In this document: positions 1 to 10,800 of the stretch, piece after piece
Layout: each line of letters starts with the position of its first letter
How positions within the stretch are numbered: position 1 is the stretch's first letter
Assembly: GCA_041657955.1 (NCBI GenBank)
Contig: JBBABA010000007.1
Span: forward strand, 27,117-91,116
From: Thermoplasmata archaeon
Lineage (GTDB): Archaea > Thermoplasmatota > JASEFT01 > JBBABA01
Reading direction: 5' to 3'
DNA: 64,000 nt
The notes under the pieces: generated by a model
Database searches by the model: none
What the model saw: the letters and a program-made list of their open reading frames with translations, nothing else
What the model was told of the DNA's origin: nothing
Position numbers and translations under genes: made by a program

Positions 1-165
1 TATCAGAGGGCGTCGTATCAGACGGTGTTGTATCTGTCGGAGTTGTGTCGGATGGTGTTGTATCAGAGGGCGTTGTATCAGACGGTGTTGTATCTGTCGG
101 AGTTGTGTCGGATGGAGTAGTATCAGTTGGAGTTGTATCCGTTGGTGTTTGATCAGAAGTCGGGC
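1..165 (-). repeat. Coding tandem repeat, 15-bp unit in a 60-bp super-unit, encoding a D-T-T-P-S/T linker
   Basis: Bases 1-60 and 61-120 are nearly identical (a few mismatches). The reverse complement reads TPSDTTPTDTTPSDTTPSD repeatedly. Confidence 0.9.
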
Positions 166-925
166 TTTGCCCCGGTGGGTATACTGGTTCCTCGTTTCCA
201 ACCGTAAAATATGCCGATGGTTTGTTGCTGTCTGCTGGCCCGCCTACACCCGCACCCCAGCTCATGCCGTAGTTTCCGCTTGGATATTTATTTGATTCCT
301 TGAACGTGCCTCCGCCCCATCGGGTGATAAACCATGTTGCGGATTGTGTGTTGCCGCGAAAATACTCTTCACTTATGATACCCATGTACTTGTTCTTTGC
401 ACTCCCTTCAACAGTAAATGTACCAAGAACATTGGCATTTTTTTCAACTGCAAATGTTACTGATTGACTCGCCTTGTTTGTTGCATATACTTTTAGATAG
501 GCAGGGATGAGGCCGAGCTCGGTCATAGTAACGTCCATAGAGCTAAATCCAACACCGATACTTTTTGTCATCGCTTGTGTTCCATCTTTAGCTGATGCCA
601 CGGCCTGCAACTGCGTCGTCATTTGGTCTTCCGGCACTGAAAAGCTGCACTTATAACCGCCGCCGTCGTTGCCCACACCATACATGCACGGTGAAGCTTT
701 CTTCGATTGGTGGAAAGAGCCCGTTGATACTTCTACATAAATAGCTTGGCCGGCCAATCCCCTGTTGAAACCGCTTATATTAACAGTCCAATTTGCTTTA
801 CTTTTACTTGCTTCGACATTTTTAACCATACAAGTAAAACTCATTCCGATGAAAAAAACAGCAACTACGATAGAGAAGATAGATAACAACTGCTGAGTAT
901 TTCTCCAAAATTTGAAGAGCCTCAT
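1..925 (-). CDS. Surface/secreted protein, 3' end outside window; paralog of the 1051-4458 gene
   Basis: Absent from the ORF track because it runs off the window edge. The reverse complement of 923-925 is ATG. The translation MRLFKFWRNTQQLLSIFSIVVAVFFIGMSFTCMVKN... parallels MRFYKFWKNTQRLLCMLSILFVVFLIAANFTCMVKN... of the next gene. Both share GGGY.CSFS and WGAGVGGPADS motifs. The frame stays open through a (DTTP[ST])n linker to position 1. Confidence 0.75.
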   Translation of the reverse strand, partial: MRLFKFWRNTQQLLSIFSIVVAVFFIGMSFTCMVKNVEASKSKANWTVNISGFNRGLAGQAIYVEVSTGSFHQSKKASPCMYGVGNDGGGYKCSFSVPEDQMTTQLQAVASAKDGTQAMTKSIGVGFSSMDVTMTELGLIPAYLKVYATNKASQSVTFAVEKNANVLGTFTVEGSAKNKYMGIISEEYFRGNTQSATWFITRWGGGTFKESNKYPSGNYGMSWGAGVGGPADSNKPSAYFTVGNEEPVYPPGQSPTSDQTPTDTTPTDTTPSDTTPTDTTPSDTTPSDTTPSDTTPTDTTPSDTTPSD

Positions 926-1050
926 TTTTTCACCGATGATTATAATACCGTATATCTAGTGTAGATAATTACTATTTATATTTTATCGTACAATTTGACG
1001 CAGATATAAAAGGTTAACCAGTAACATTTTCAGAGGTTAAAGGGTGATAA

Positions 1051-4000
1051 TCATAATAATTCCCTTCGCCTAAATAAAAATGCAGACGCTGTTCCTACGG
1101 CGCCTATTGCAACTAATCCGCTTGCAACTCCTATCATCGTGTAGTCAGCTGTTGTTTCACTAACGTCGATGGGCGTGGCTGATGAATATTTGATGGTGAC
1201 GTTTTTCTCTGCGATATTGTTGTTAGAATCTTTATCGTATATCGGCTCTACCTCAACTATTATTTTTGCCTTAATCATGGATTTAATGGACGCGACATCT
1301 AGGAAAAATGTGTTGTTGACTTTGACAGAAGAGTTGGCGGGAAGGTCGTATATTGTCGTTACATTTCCCGCAGGGGTGTAATTTAATTTTCCGGATTCGT
1401 TAGTTACAATATAAAATCTAACCTCGAAACCGCTTTCTGATTCTAGATTAGCAGTTCCGATATTGCGTACTGTTGTGGTTATTGTGATGTTCGTACCATT
1501 TATGAGTGTTGTGGAAATTCTTCCACTCTCCGAGAAGACGTATACTTCCTTCTCATCTATGCTTACCTCCGTGCTACTTACCTCGTTAAAGACTTCTTGT
1601 GCGCAATATTCCGTTTCCCGTGATGATGATGCGTTCACAGCGATGTGGTTAATTAACCCCGCGTCTATTTTTGAGGGAATAGCGATTGTCAATTTTATCG
1701 TCTTTGTTTCTCCTGCCGCCAATTTTCCAATATCTACAAAAGAGTCGTTATTAGTATCGTTCAATGCTGTGCCGTCTTCCCAAAGGAGTTCTGCGCCCCA
1801 GTCAAGCGTTGATGCGTACTGGATGTTTATGGTATCGGCTGCGTTACCAGTGTTCGTGACGTTCAAAAGATATGCTATGTTCGTCCCGTCGCTCGTTTTG
1901 TTTTTAGTGGACGTTATCTCGATGCCGACGGAAGGTAAAATCGTTGTGTTTATTGTAGCATTATCGGACTTACCGCTTATCGGCGATCTAACAGCGATTG
2001 TAGTGACGATGCTAGAGCCCGCAGGAGATGCCTGCGGAATTGTTACTGATACATTTATTGTTTTTATTTCTTTTGAATATATTGTGAGTTTACTCACATA
2101 GCCTACTTTCTCTAGCTCTGCATCGGTTAGGTAGTCGAAGAACATCGCTGTTGAATTTTTGGAAGTGTTGTATGTAAATTCAAACTTATCGCCCATGAGT
2201 TGTTCGTTGCGCACTGTGAAATAACAGAAAACGCTTTGTCCTGCTTTTCCAGAGTTGTTTTGGGCTTTTGGATAAATTGTTATTCCGGGGGTTTCCGCAA
2301 TTGCCTTTATGGCTGTGTTTACCTCGGCGACTAAATCGCTTGCAAGTTTTCCCTTTACGGTTATGGTCTCGGTCGCACCGTCGGCAGCGTCTTCTGCGAT
2401 TTTTAATTTAACGAACAAGTTCACTGTGCCGTTTACCGGTATAGTTCCCGTGTCTATGCCGTTTATTTTATTTGTGTCCGAAAACAGCGACTCGCTTCTG
2501 TCCTTGTAAATAGAAACTTTACCTCTCCAATTGCTCCATGTTCCGTAACACGAGATTCCATCCAAGATGTTGGGGGTGTTTCCGCCATTCCTTGCTTCGA
2601 TAGTGTACCATATTTCTTTGCCAACCATTCCTTTTTGCTCGCCGGATGCCGGGGAGATTGGCGCCAGTGTGATGTTTGATGTTACCTTGATTGTGGCTGT
2701 AACGTTAACGCTTGCGCTTTTATTTATGGTATTGGACGTTGCTGTAACACCTATCGAAACGGAAGTGTTGCCGTAAGTATTGACGTCGTCTGCCGTCAAT
2801 TCAGGTGCTTTTACTTTTACGTAAAAGTCCTTAGAACCGTCTACAGGTAACTCAAAAGAAGAGAGGTTCGTGTCGTTGGTATCAACTATCGTCGCCTGCC
2901 ATGGAGAAGATAAGGATATTGTTACGTTGTTTGATTTGTCATATTCATTTTTAACACTCATCAAATATTTTTCCTCACCGCTTTGTTCGATCTTTTTTTC
3001 CGTATCTATTGCCGTCAGTATTATGCCCGGGAATTCCTTTACTGTAGTTATTATAGTGGTTGTAGAATGCACTGTTCCATTAACATTTGCAGAAACAACT
3101 GCATTATCCACGTCACCCTTCACAGTACTGTTCGGTACTGTTATGTTCACAGTAAATGATTTCGATTGCCCAACCGCCAGTTCTATGCCCATAGTCGAGT
3201 TGATCGGTGCACCAGACTCATTAACGATCTTTACTGCCCAACCTGCATGCTCCGCAATTCCGGATAGGGAGAAACTTCCGTTCTTGTTCCCCGTGTTCTC
3301 TGCAGTTATTTTGCAGCTGGTTGTTCTCCCCGCGTAACACTCGCTATACTGTTGCGTGGGTGATAAAACGATTTTTGGCTCTGGCTCTGGCGGCGGCGGA
3401 GGCGCTTCTGTTACAATCGGTCCATCATATGTGGGGGAATCCGTAGGACCAACCTTCCATATTGCCGAGAAATAATATTGATGATCGCCTGCTGGAAGCG
3501 TAGTGTTGTAAATATAGGTCAATCCTGTCTTTTCGTCGGCTCCCGCTGCACTTACGCTAATCATTGAATATCTGTTCCCGTCAATGTAGATGTTAAAACC
3601 GAACAATTTTCCTCCATCTATCTCGGGATGTTTGTAGGTGACTGTATATGTAAAATTTGTATTTGTGTCTCCCTGCGAAGGCGATACCCCCGCGTTGCTC
3701 AGTGTAGGTTGAATTGTACCAACATAGAAGTATGCTCCTGGTTCACTACTATCTGCAGGACCACCTACACCAGCACCCCATCTAACGCCATATCCGGTGC
3801 TACCTGATGGATAACTGCATTGTTCCCAATAAGAGTCGCCCCATTTTGCACTAAACCATGTGGGATTCTGCGTATTGCCGTAGAAATCATCTTCGGTTAC
3901 TGTACCGACCTTCTTGTTTTTCGCGTTCCCCTCTGCCGTGAACGTCCCCAGGGCGGTACCATAACCACCGCTTCCCTTATGCACACTAAATGTTACTTGT

Positions 4001-4458
4001 TGATTTATTTTGTTCGTGACATATATATCTAGATAGGCAGGACTCTTTCCAATGTCATTCATCTCGATATTCACGTCGTCCGGTCCCCACCAGACATTCG
4101 CTACTCCCGCCTGGCTTTTATCTTCAGCAGTAGCTAAAGCCTGTATGTCCTCGGACATCTGTGATTCGGATATCGAAAAACTGCATGAGTAACCGCCGCC
4201 GTCGTAGCCTGAGCTATACGAGTTCGGACTCGCCTTCACTTTTTTGTAAAAACCATACGCCGTCGCCACTTCTACATTGATAGTTTGACCGGCTAACCCT
4301 TTGTTATCACCGGTAACTCTGACACGCCAGTATCCTTTACTTGCCGTCGTGTTTTTGACCATACATGTAAAGTTTGCTGCTATGAGGAAAACAACGAATA
4401 AAATTGAGAGCATGCATAATAATCGCTGGGTGTTTTTCCAGAACTTGTAAAACCTCAT
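1051..4458 (-). CDS. Large membrane-anchored surface glycoprotein (S-layer/adhesin-like), 1135 aa
   Basis: N-terminal signal-anchor, then a ~215-aa domain shared with the upstream paralog. A beta-sandwich segment follows (FTYTVTYKHPEIDGG...GDHQYYF), then a PPPPPEPEP linker (nt ~3376-3404). Several NEW3/CARDB-like beta-sandwich repeats come next (e.g. KITAENTGNKNGSFSLSG..GWAVKI..VGQSKSFTVNITVP). The C-terminus is a TM helix (IGVASGLVAIGAVGTASAFLF) plus an RRRELL tail. N-x-S/T sequons are many. Confidence 0.8.
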   Translation of the reverse strand: MRFYKFWKNTQRLLCMLSILFVVFLIAANFTCMVKNTTASKGYWRVRVTGDNKGLAGQTINVEVATAYGFYKKVKASPNSYSSGYDGGGYSCSFSISESQMSEDIQALATAEDKSQAGVANVWWGPDDVNIEMNDIGKSPAYLDIYVTNKINQQVTFSVHKGSGGYGTALGTFTAEGNAKNKKVGTVTEDDFYGNTQNPTWFSAKWGDSYWEQCSYPSGSTGYGVRWGAGVGGPADSSEPGAYFYVGTIQPTLSNAGVSPSQGDTNTNFTYTVTYKHPEIDGGKLFGFNIYIDGNRYSMISVSAAGADEKTGLTYIYNTTLPAGDHQYYFSAIWKVGPTDSPTYDGPIVTEAPPPPPEPEPKIVLSPTQQYSECYAGRTTSCKITAENTGNKNGSFSLSGIAEHAGWAVKIVNESGAPINSTMGIELAVGQSKSFTVNITVPNSTVKGDVDNAVVSANVNGTVHSTTTIITTVKEFPGIILTAIDTEKKIEQSGEEKYLMSVKNEYDKSNNVTISLSSPWQATIVDTNDTNLSSFELPVDGSKDFYVKVKAPELTADDVNTYGNTSVSIGVTATSNTINKSASVNVTATIKVTSNITLAPISPASGEQKGMVGKEIWYTIEARNGGNTPNILDGISCYGTWSNWRGKVSIYKDRSESLFSDTNKINGIDTGTIPVNGTVNLFVKLKIAEDAADGATETITVKGKLASDLVAEVNTAIKAIAETPGITIYPKAQNNSGKAGQSVFCYFTVRNEQLMGDKFEFTYNTSKNSTAMFFDYLTDAELEKVGYVSKLTIYSKEIKTINVSVTIPQASPAGSSIVTTIAVRSPISGKSDNATINTTILPSVGIEITSTKNKTSDGTNIAYLLNVTNTGNAADTINIQYASTLDWGAELLWEDGTALNDTNNDSFVDIGKLAAGETKTIKLTIAIPSKIDAGLINHIAVNASSSRETEYCAQEVFNEVSSTEVSIDEKEVYVFSESGRISTTLINGTNITITTTVRNIGTANLESESGFEVRFYIVTNESGKLNYTPAGNVTTIYDLPANSSVKVNNTFFLDVASIKSMIKAKIIVEVEPIYDKDSNNNIAEKNVTIKYSSATPIDVSETTADYTMIGVASGLVAIGAVGTASAFLFRRRELL

Positions 4459-4835
4459 TTACATCATCTTTCCACTTTTATAACATCATATTCTGCTATC
4501 CACATATAAACATTTCGATATTTTTCTTATTTTCTGGCTTGTCTTGCCAATCAATGAATTCACTCACAGAAGTTTACATTTTAGTATATAAGTAAACAAG
4601 TCGGGATTTATATTGATGGAACCGCAACAATCAAAGCCAGGCACCATGTTCCATCTCATATATCCTTTAAAAAGTTATCTGTCGTTAGATGGAAATAAGC
4701 ACAATCTATAAAAACAACAGGGAGAAGATATTTATTTATGTAATTTAATATAGGCAGTAATAAATACTCATACTCAGTTAGATAATTAGATGACGGATAA
4801 TTTATCTGCCACCGATATCCATCAATGATAATGGC
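4459..4835. promoter_or_regulatory. AT-rich divergent promoter region between the 1135-aa gene and the giant gene
   Basis: This 377-bp gap separates divergent starts. On the minus strand TTATAAAA (4476-4483) is centred ~22 nt upstream of the ATG at 4458, a leaderless geometry. On the plus strand gataatttatc (~4795-4806) lies ~35 nt upstream of the ATG at 4836. Confidence 0.4.
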
Positions 4836-7800
4836 ATGTGGGGGTTCTCTGTGAAGAAAAAGGGCGCAATAGGGCTGGGTTATATTTACACATTCATCCT
4901 CTCCGCAGTTTTTTTAGTTGCCATAACTATCACAATTTCTACAATCCTCACAGACATGTCAAAACAATCGATTAAACTTCAATTCCAAGATGTGGCGAAT
5001 AAAATTGCAAATGAGATAGAGGAGGCTTTAATCGCATCATCAAAAAATCCTGGCTCGGAGTATGAGAAAAGAATAGAGCTCCCGAGAAGAATTGCCGGAG
5101 TAGAATATACGATAGAAGCGAGGAATAAAACAGTCTATATTAATTCTACAGAAAACATCAGAGACGTAGGATTGATTAAGGTAAGTGCGTCGCTCACAGG
5201 TTTTGCCGCGGAAAATGCAACATATATAAAGACTATAAACAGCAAGGCCCTTAGCGACGCTGGCTATGTATGGATTAAATACACTTACGACCCAACGACC
5301 AAACGCGGCGTTATCAAGGTTACGGATAATAGACCTGTGAAAACCCATCTTGAAATACAAGTTTCCAGCAACCAAACAGCAGGCACACCATTCGAAGTTA
5401 TTGTGAGGGCGAGGGATGAAAACAACGAGTTCAATGTAGATAGTTATTCCCAAAACGTTATGTTAGCACTCGAAGGTGGCTCGAAGTATAGTAACGATAG
5501 TGGTGTGCAGAGAGGAGTGTATCTTCCAGTAGAATACCACAAATTCACAGAGGCGGATAACGGCCAATATTCCTTTGTTGTAACGGCATACACCGCGGAA
5601 ACGATTACAAGATTTATAGCATACGACGACGGGAACCCATTACTGAAGGTAGATAGCGGCCCTGTACGAATAAGACATGCTGCCCTATTCAATTTTACAA
5701 TAGAAGGCTTACCACCATCGCTAACGCTAGTCGCGGGTGAAACATTTAGCGTTACCATCACCGCAAAGGACAAGTATACCAACATAATAGATGATTATCT
5801 CGGCGCGATTAATTTTATAACAAGCGATACTAAACTCACTACCGTTTTCCCCACTAGTTACAAATTTACAGGGAACGGGACAGGGAAAGATAACGGCATT
5901 CATAAATTTGACGGCATAAAGCTAACCTCTGCGGGCAATCAAACACTCTTTATTTATGGTGACGGGGCACTTATTAGCAACTACACCATAATAGTGGCAC
6001 CCTCAGAGCTATATGGGTTTTTCATTGGAGAAAAGATTGTTAGATGGTATAGCCCATGGTCAAATAGAAAACAAATAACAATTAGCGGATTGTACGAATC
6101 GGGACTTCAGGTTAAAATAACAGTGCCGTATGCAACTGGAATGCAGGACGATTTTGACGACCTGAGATTTACAACCGGTGATGGTGTTACGCCCATACCC
6201 TATTGGATAGAGAGCTATACCGCAAACACCCAGGCAACGGTTTGGGTAAAGGTTCCTGCATTTTCTAGCACTGCCACGACTAATATCTATATGTATTATG
6301 GTAGCCCTACAGTATCTTCGGCGAGCAGCGGGACCGATGTTTTTGAGTTTTTTGACGACTTTAATGATAATACTGCAGATCCTTCTAGATGGATATCGAC
6401 GGGTACAGTGACGGAATCTGGTGGTTATATTACCGTATCCTCAGATTCTAAGATTAAGAGCGAAAAAGACTTTCTAGAAAACACCACACTTGAATTTAAG
6501 ATGAAAACAGAATTAGGGGATGCAACAAATAGATTGGGGTATGCTGGTTACAATAACGATTCTTCATTGAACAATGTGACTTTTTATGATGATGACGATA
6601 GCGGAACTAATATTAATGTTGGAAGTGAAGCGAACGGCGTGTGGTCGGCTGCCACAGGACTCGGAATATCCGATAGAACAACAGCGTGGCAAAAGTATAA
6701 GATAGAAAGACGTGGCCAGGTGGGCAACAGGTTCTATCAAAACAATGCGTTACTTATAGACAAAACTACTAACGTGCCAACCGGAAAATTATGGGTCGAG
6801 TTCAAATCGATAGGTGCATATAACACATACATAGACGACGTAAGGGTTCGCAAGTATGTATCGCCGGACCCGGCTATAATTTTAGGTTCAGTTTTTACCA
6901 TAGGAGAAACGGCTGGCGGGTGGTATAACCCAAATCCATGGACAAACAGAAAGCAGATAGCGATTAGCGGATGGTACGAACCTGGGCTTCAGGTCAAAAT
7001 AACAGTGCCGTATGCAACAGGAATGCAAAGCAATTTTAACGACTTAATGTTTACAACCGATAATGGTTTTACCCCAATTCCACATTGGATAGAAGAAAGC
7101 CCCGTTCCCAACAAACAGGCAACGGCTTGGGTAAAGATTCCTCAATTTTCTAACACCGGTACTACTATTATCTATATGTATTATGGTAATCCTACAGTAT
7201 CTTCTACAGGCAACGGAACCGACGTTTTCGAGTTTTTTGACAATTTTACAGGTCCGGCAGGTGCGCCTCCAGATGCGAATAAATGGGATATAACATGGGG
7301 AGATATAGGCATACGTAGTTTTAATCTTACAGGCACGGGGGAGCTAAAAGGAGACAACACCGCGGGTGCACTTCACAGTGCCGCTTTATTCAGCGCCCCG
7401 ACGATACTGGAGGTCAAGGTTAAGACCGTATCCAATGCTCCAAACGGGCAAATGACTGCTGGCTTTTCTGTTTATCCCCCCTCGACCGTGAATGGTTTTG
7501 GATTCCAAGATTGTCCTGTATCTGACTACACCAGATTGGACAGTGTGTGGAGCCCACTCGATTCGAAAAAAGCCGCCACGAATTATTGGCACCTGATAAG
7601 AATTTCTGCAAAAAACTCTACTGTCGTAAATTTGTATATAGAAAATTTAAGCTCGAACACCACGGTGTATGATGCGGACCTTTCGAATATTATTTCTAGT
7701 GAAAATATAACGCTTGGAAAAAGATATGACGATATGTTCGGCAGCGAGGCCTATGAAACACGCTGGGATTGGGTTAGAATCCGCAAGTACACATCAGTGG

Positions 7801-10800
7801 AGCCGCCCGTAACCTTCGGAGGAGTACCCGTAGGAAATGTTTTCAGCATGAAAGTGACAGCGTTGGATGCGTTCGAAAACATAAAAACAGATTACAACGG
7901 GGGCGTGAACATAACCTCCACGGATACACGAAGCGGTGTGGAGGCGTACGTCTCTATTAATGGCGGTTCGCAGCAGTACCCGTCAATCTACGGCGATAGA
8001 ATTGTTTGGCAGGATAACAGGTACGGCAACTCTGAGATATTCGTATTTGACTCTAGATTTGGCTATACGAAGAGATTGACAAGTAATTCTGGGTCGGTAT
8101 ACGACCAATTTCCGAAGATATATGGAGACAAAGTTGTATGGGAAAGGAACAGTGGACAGGATTGCGATATATACATGTATGACCTGGCGTTAGATAGTAA
8201 TTGGGATGGCAAGCCCAACTATTTCGAGAACCTGGTTGACGATTATGCAATCAAGCCTATCATTATCGGCCTAGGTGACCAGCAAAGGCCCAGCATCTAT
8301 GAAAACAATGTTGTCTATCAGAACCATTCTGGCAGCAATTGGGAGATTTGCGTTTATAATATAACTACCGGCATAACCACAACAATAATCTCAGATACAA
8401 ACCAACGGTCGAATCCGAGCATATATGGAAACAAAATTGTGTGGCAGGATAAGCGAAATGGTAACTGGGACATCTATATGAATGATACTTCAACAGAGAC
8501 CATAATAACGTCAAACCCTTCTTCCAACGAAGAACTTCCTGCAATCTATGGGGACATAATAGTCTGGCAGCAAACTAACGGCATCGGGAAATACGACATA
8601 TTGGCATACAACCTCACCAGCAACGAGTACATACGAATAACCGGTGACCAAGTCGACAAAAATGAGAAAAATCCTCAGATATATTGCGACAGGGTTGTGT
8701 GGGAGGATTATAGATACGAAGATTCTGAAATATATTCATACAATATAACAACAGCTAATGAAAAGAGGATTACTTCAGACCCATCCGCTCAGGAAGCCCC
8801 TGTGGTTTATGGCGACAAAATTTTATGGCAGGATTCCAGAGGTGGAAATTACGACATATATTACAATATATCGGGCACATCATTCCCAATGAATTACACA
8901 TTCACAGTTGACAGCTTCTACGGCGAAGGGAAGGATAACGGTGTTCATGTATTCACCAACTTTACCCTTATAACAACAGGCATTCAAACAATAAAGGTAA
9001 GAAACGAAACTCCTGAAAAAATCACGGAAAATGTCAGCGATGGCATAAATGTCGTACCGTCTTCATTATATAGATATGCCATTGAGACAGACACTAGTGT
9101 TACCGCCGGTAAACCTTTTGATGTTACTATAACAGCCTACGATGCGTATAATAATGTAAAAACAGATTTTTACGGTGAAGTCCTCACTATAGATTCAGCA
9201 AATGATGACATCGCAACCTCGACTACGCTGCCAAAGCCCTTTGTTAACGGAAAGGCAACACTTAGCGTGAATCTCACAAAGGCGACAGAGCAAACAGATA
9301 ATTCCATTACCGTAAGAGTGAATCAGATATTAGGCACGCCGCACCCGAATATAGATATCGAGTCCCCGTCAATTGGGGTGGTGGCAGATGTTGTAAGCGG
9401 GTTAACAGTGACGGGGCTGCAAAATACCAGTGTAAATTCGTTTTCAAACATCATTACGATTAAAACAAATGACTCGTATGGAAACCCGTCCGATGTTAGC
9501 GAAGGTATTACCATTGATTTGCAAACAACGTCCGGAACAGGTAAATTTTACGATACGTCGATATGCTTCAACAACACTGCCAATCCAGGCGAGAAGCACG
9601 AGCTCACGACCGCTATGAACCTCAACAATTCCAGAATATATGGTGACAGGATTGTTTGGATGGAGAATAAAGGAGCTGACTGGGACATCTACGTCTCTAC
9701 ATACAGCCTCCCGGAGAACACCCCGACCAGATTAACGACAGACAGTTCTGACCAAAAGTATCCTTGGATATATGGAAATAAGGTTGTTTATCAAAGTAAT
9801 AAAAACGGCAACTGGGACATCTATCTCTATGATTTGTCCACGAGTATCGAGCAACGAATAACAACCAATGCCTATGACCAGATGTATCCGGTAATCTACG
9901 GCGATAGGATTGTATGGCAGGATTTCAGAAACACCGATGCACAAGGTTATCACCAATGGGACATATATATGTACCATATTCCAAGCGATACTGAAATTCA
10001 AGTTACGAACGATAATTCTAATCAAACATATCCTAAAATCTGGGGCGACGAAATTGTTTATCAAAATTATACAAGCTATTATTGGCAGATATACAATTAT
10101 ACTATTTCCAGCGGAATAGCAAAACAAATAACTGCTGACCCGTGGAATCATACAAGCGCAACCGTTACGAACACAACTTACGGGCACAGGATAATAGCTT
10201 GGGTGACTGAGGGCAAAGACGTCTATGGCTACAACGAGACCAACTCTACGGAATTTACGATAACCGCTCACTCGAACAGCGAAGAAAATATATCCGCATA
10301 CGAAGATTACATAGTGTACCAAAATTACACGGGTGAACATTGGCAGATATTCCGTTACAACCTTTCAAATTCCACATGGATACAGATTATTAATGATAAC
10401 GACAACTACGACCATACGTACCCAGCGGTTTACGAAAGCATAGTTACCTGGACTGGCCCAATACCAATTACGAGCGTACAAATCCCGATTGATGATGATA
10501 GTATTAGTTTCTATTATAAAGATAACGCCACGGGACAATACACGATAACGGCGTCCACCTCAAATGGATGGGCAGTTACCCCGCCGCCAATTACAGTTAC
10601 GCCCGCCCCGGTATCACAAATTGTTGTATCCTCTTCGTCTACGACAACCCAAGCTGGCACATCTCAAGCTATTAAAATAGAGTTAAAGGATGCGTGGGGC
10701 AACCCGTCCAACGCTACTGTTGATACCACGCTAAATGTCGCCACTGATTCAAATACAGGACAATTCTCGCTCGACAATATTACATGGAGTGATTATACTC

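Noticed and set aside
1-165. Possible CRISPR array or satellite at the window start
   Set aside because: The units are contiguous, with no unique spacers. They are 15 bp long and in frame with an open coding frame giving DTTP[ST] repeats.
1169-4032. Plus-strand ORFs of 66-212 aa (e.g. 1463-2101, 2870-3337) inside the 1135-aa minus-strand gene
   Set aside because: They are antisense to a long gene with recognisable domains. Their translations are low-complexity, hydrophobic or Ser/Val-rich with no motifs, typical shadow ORFs.
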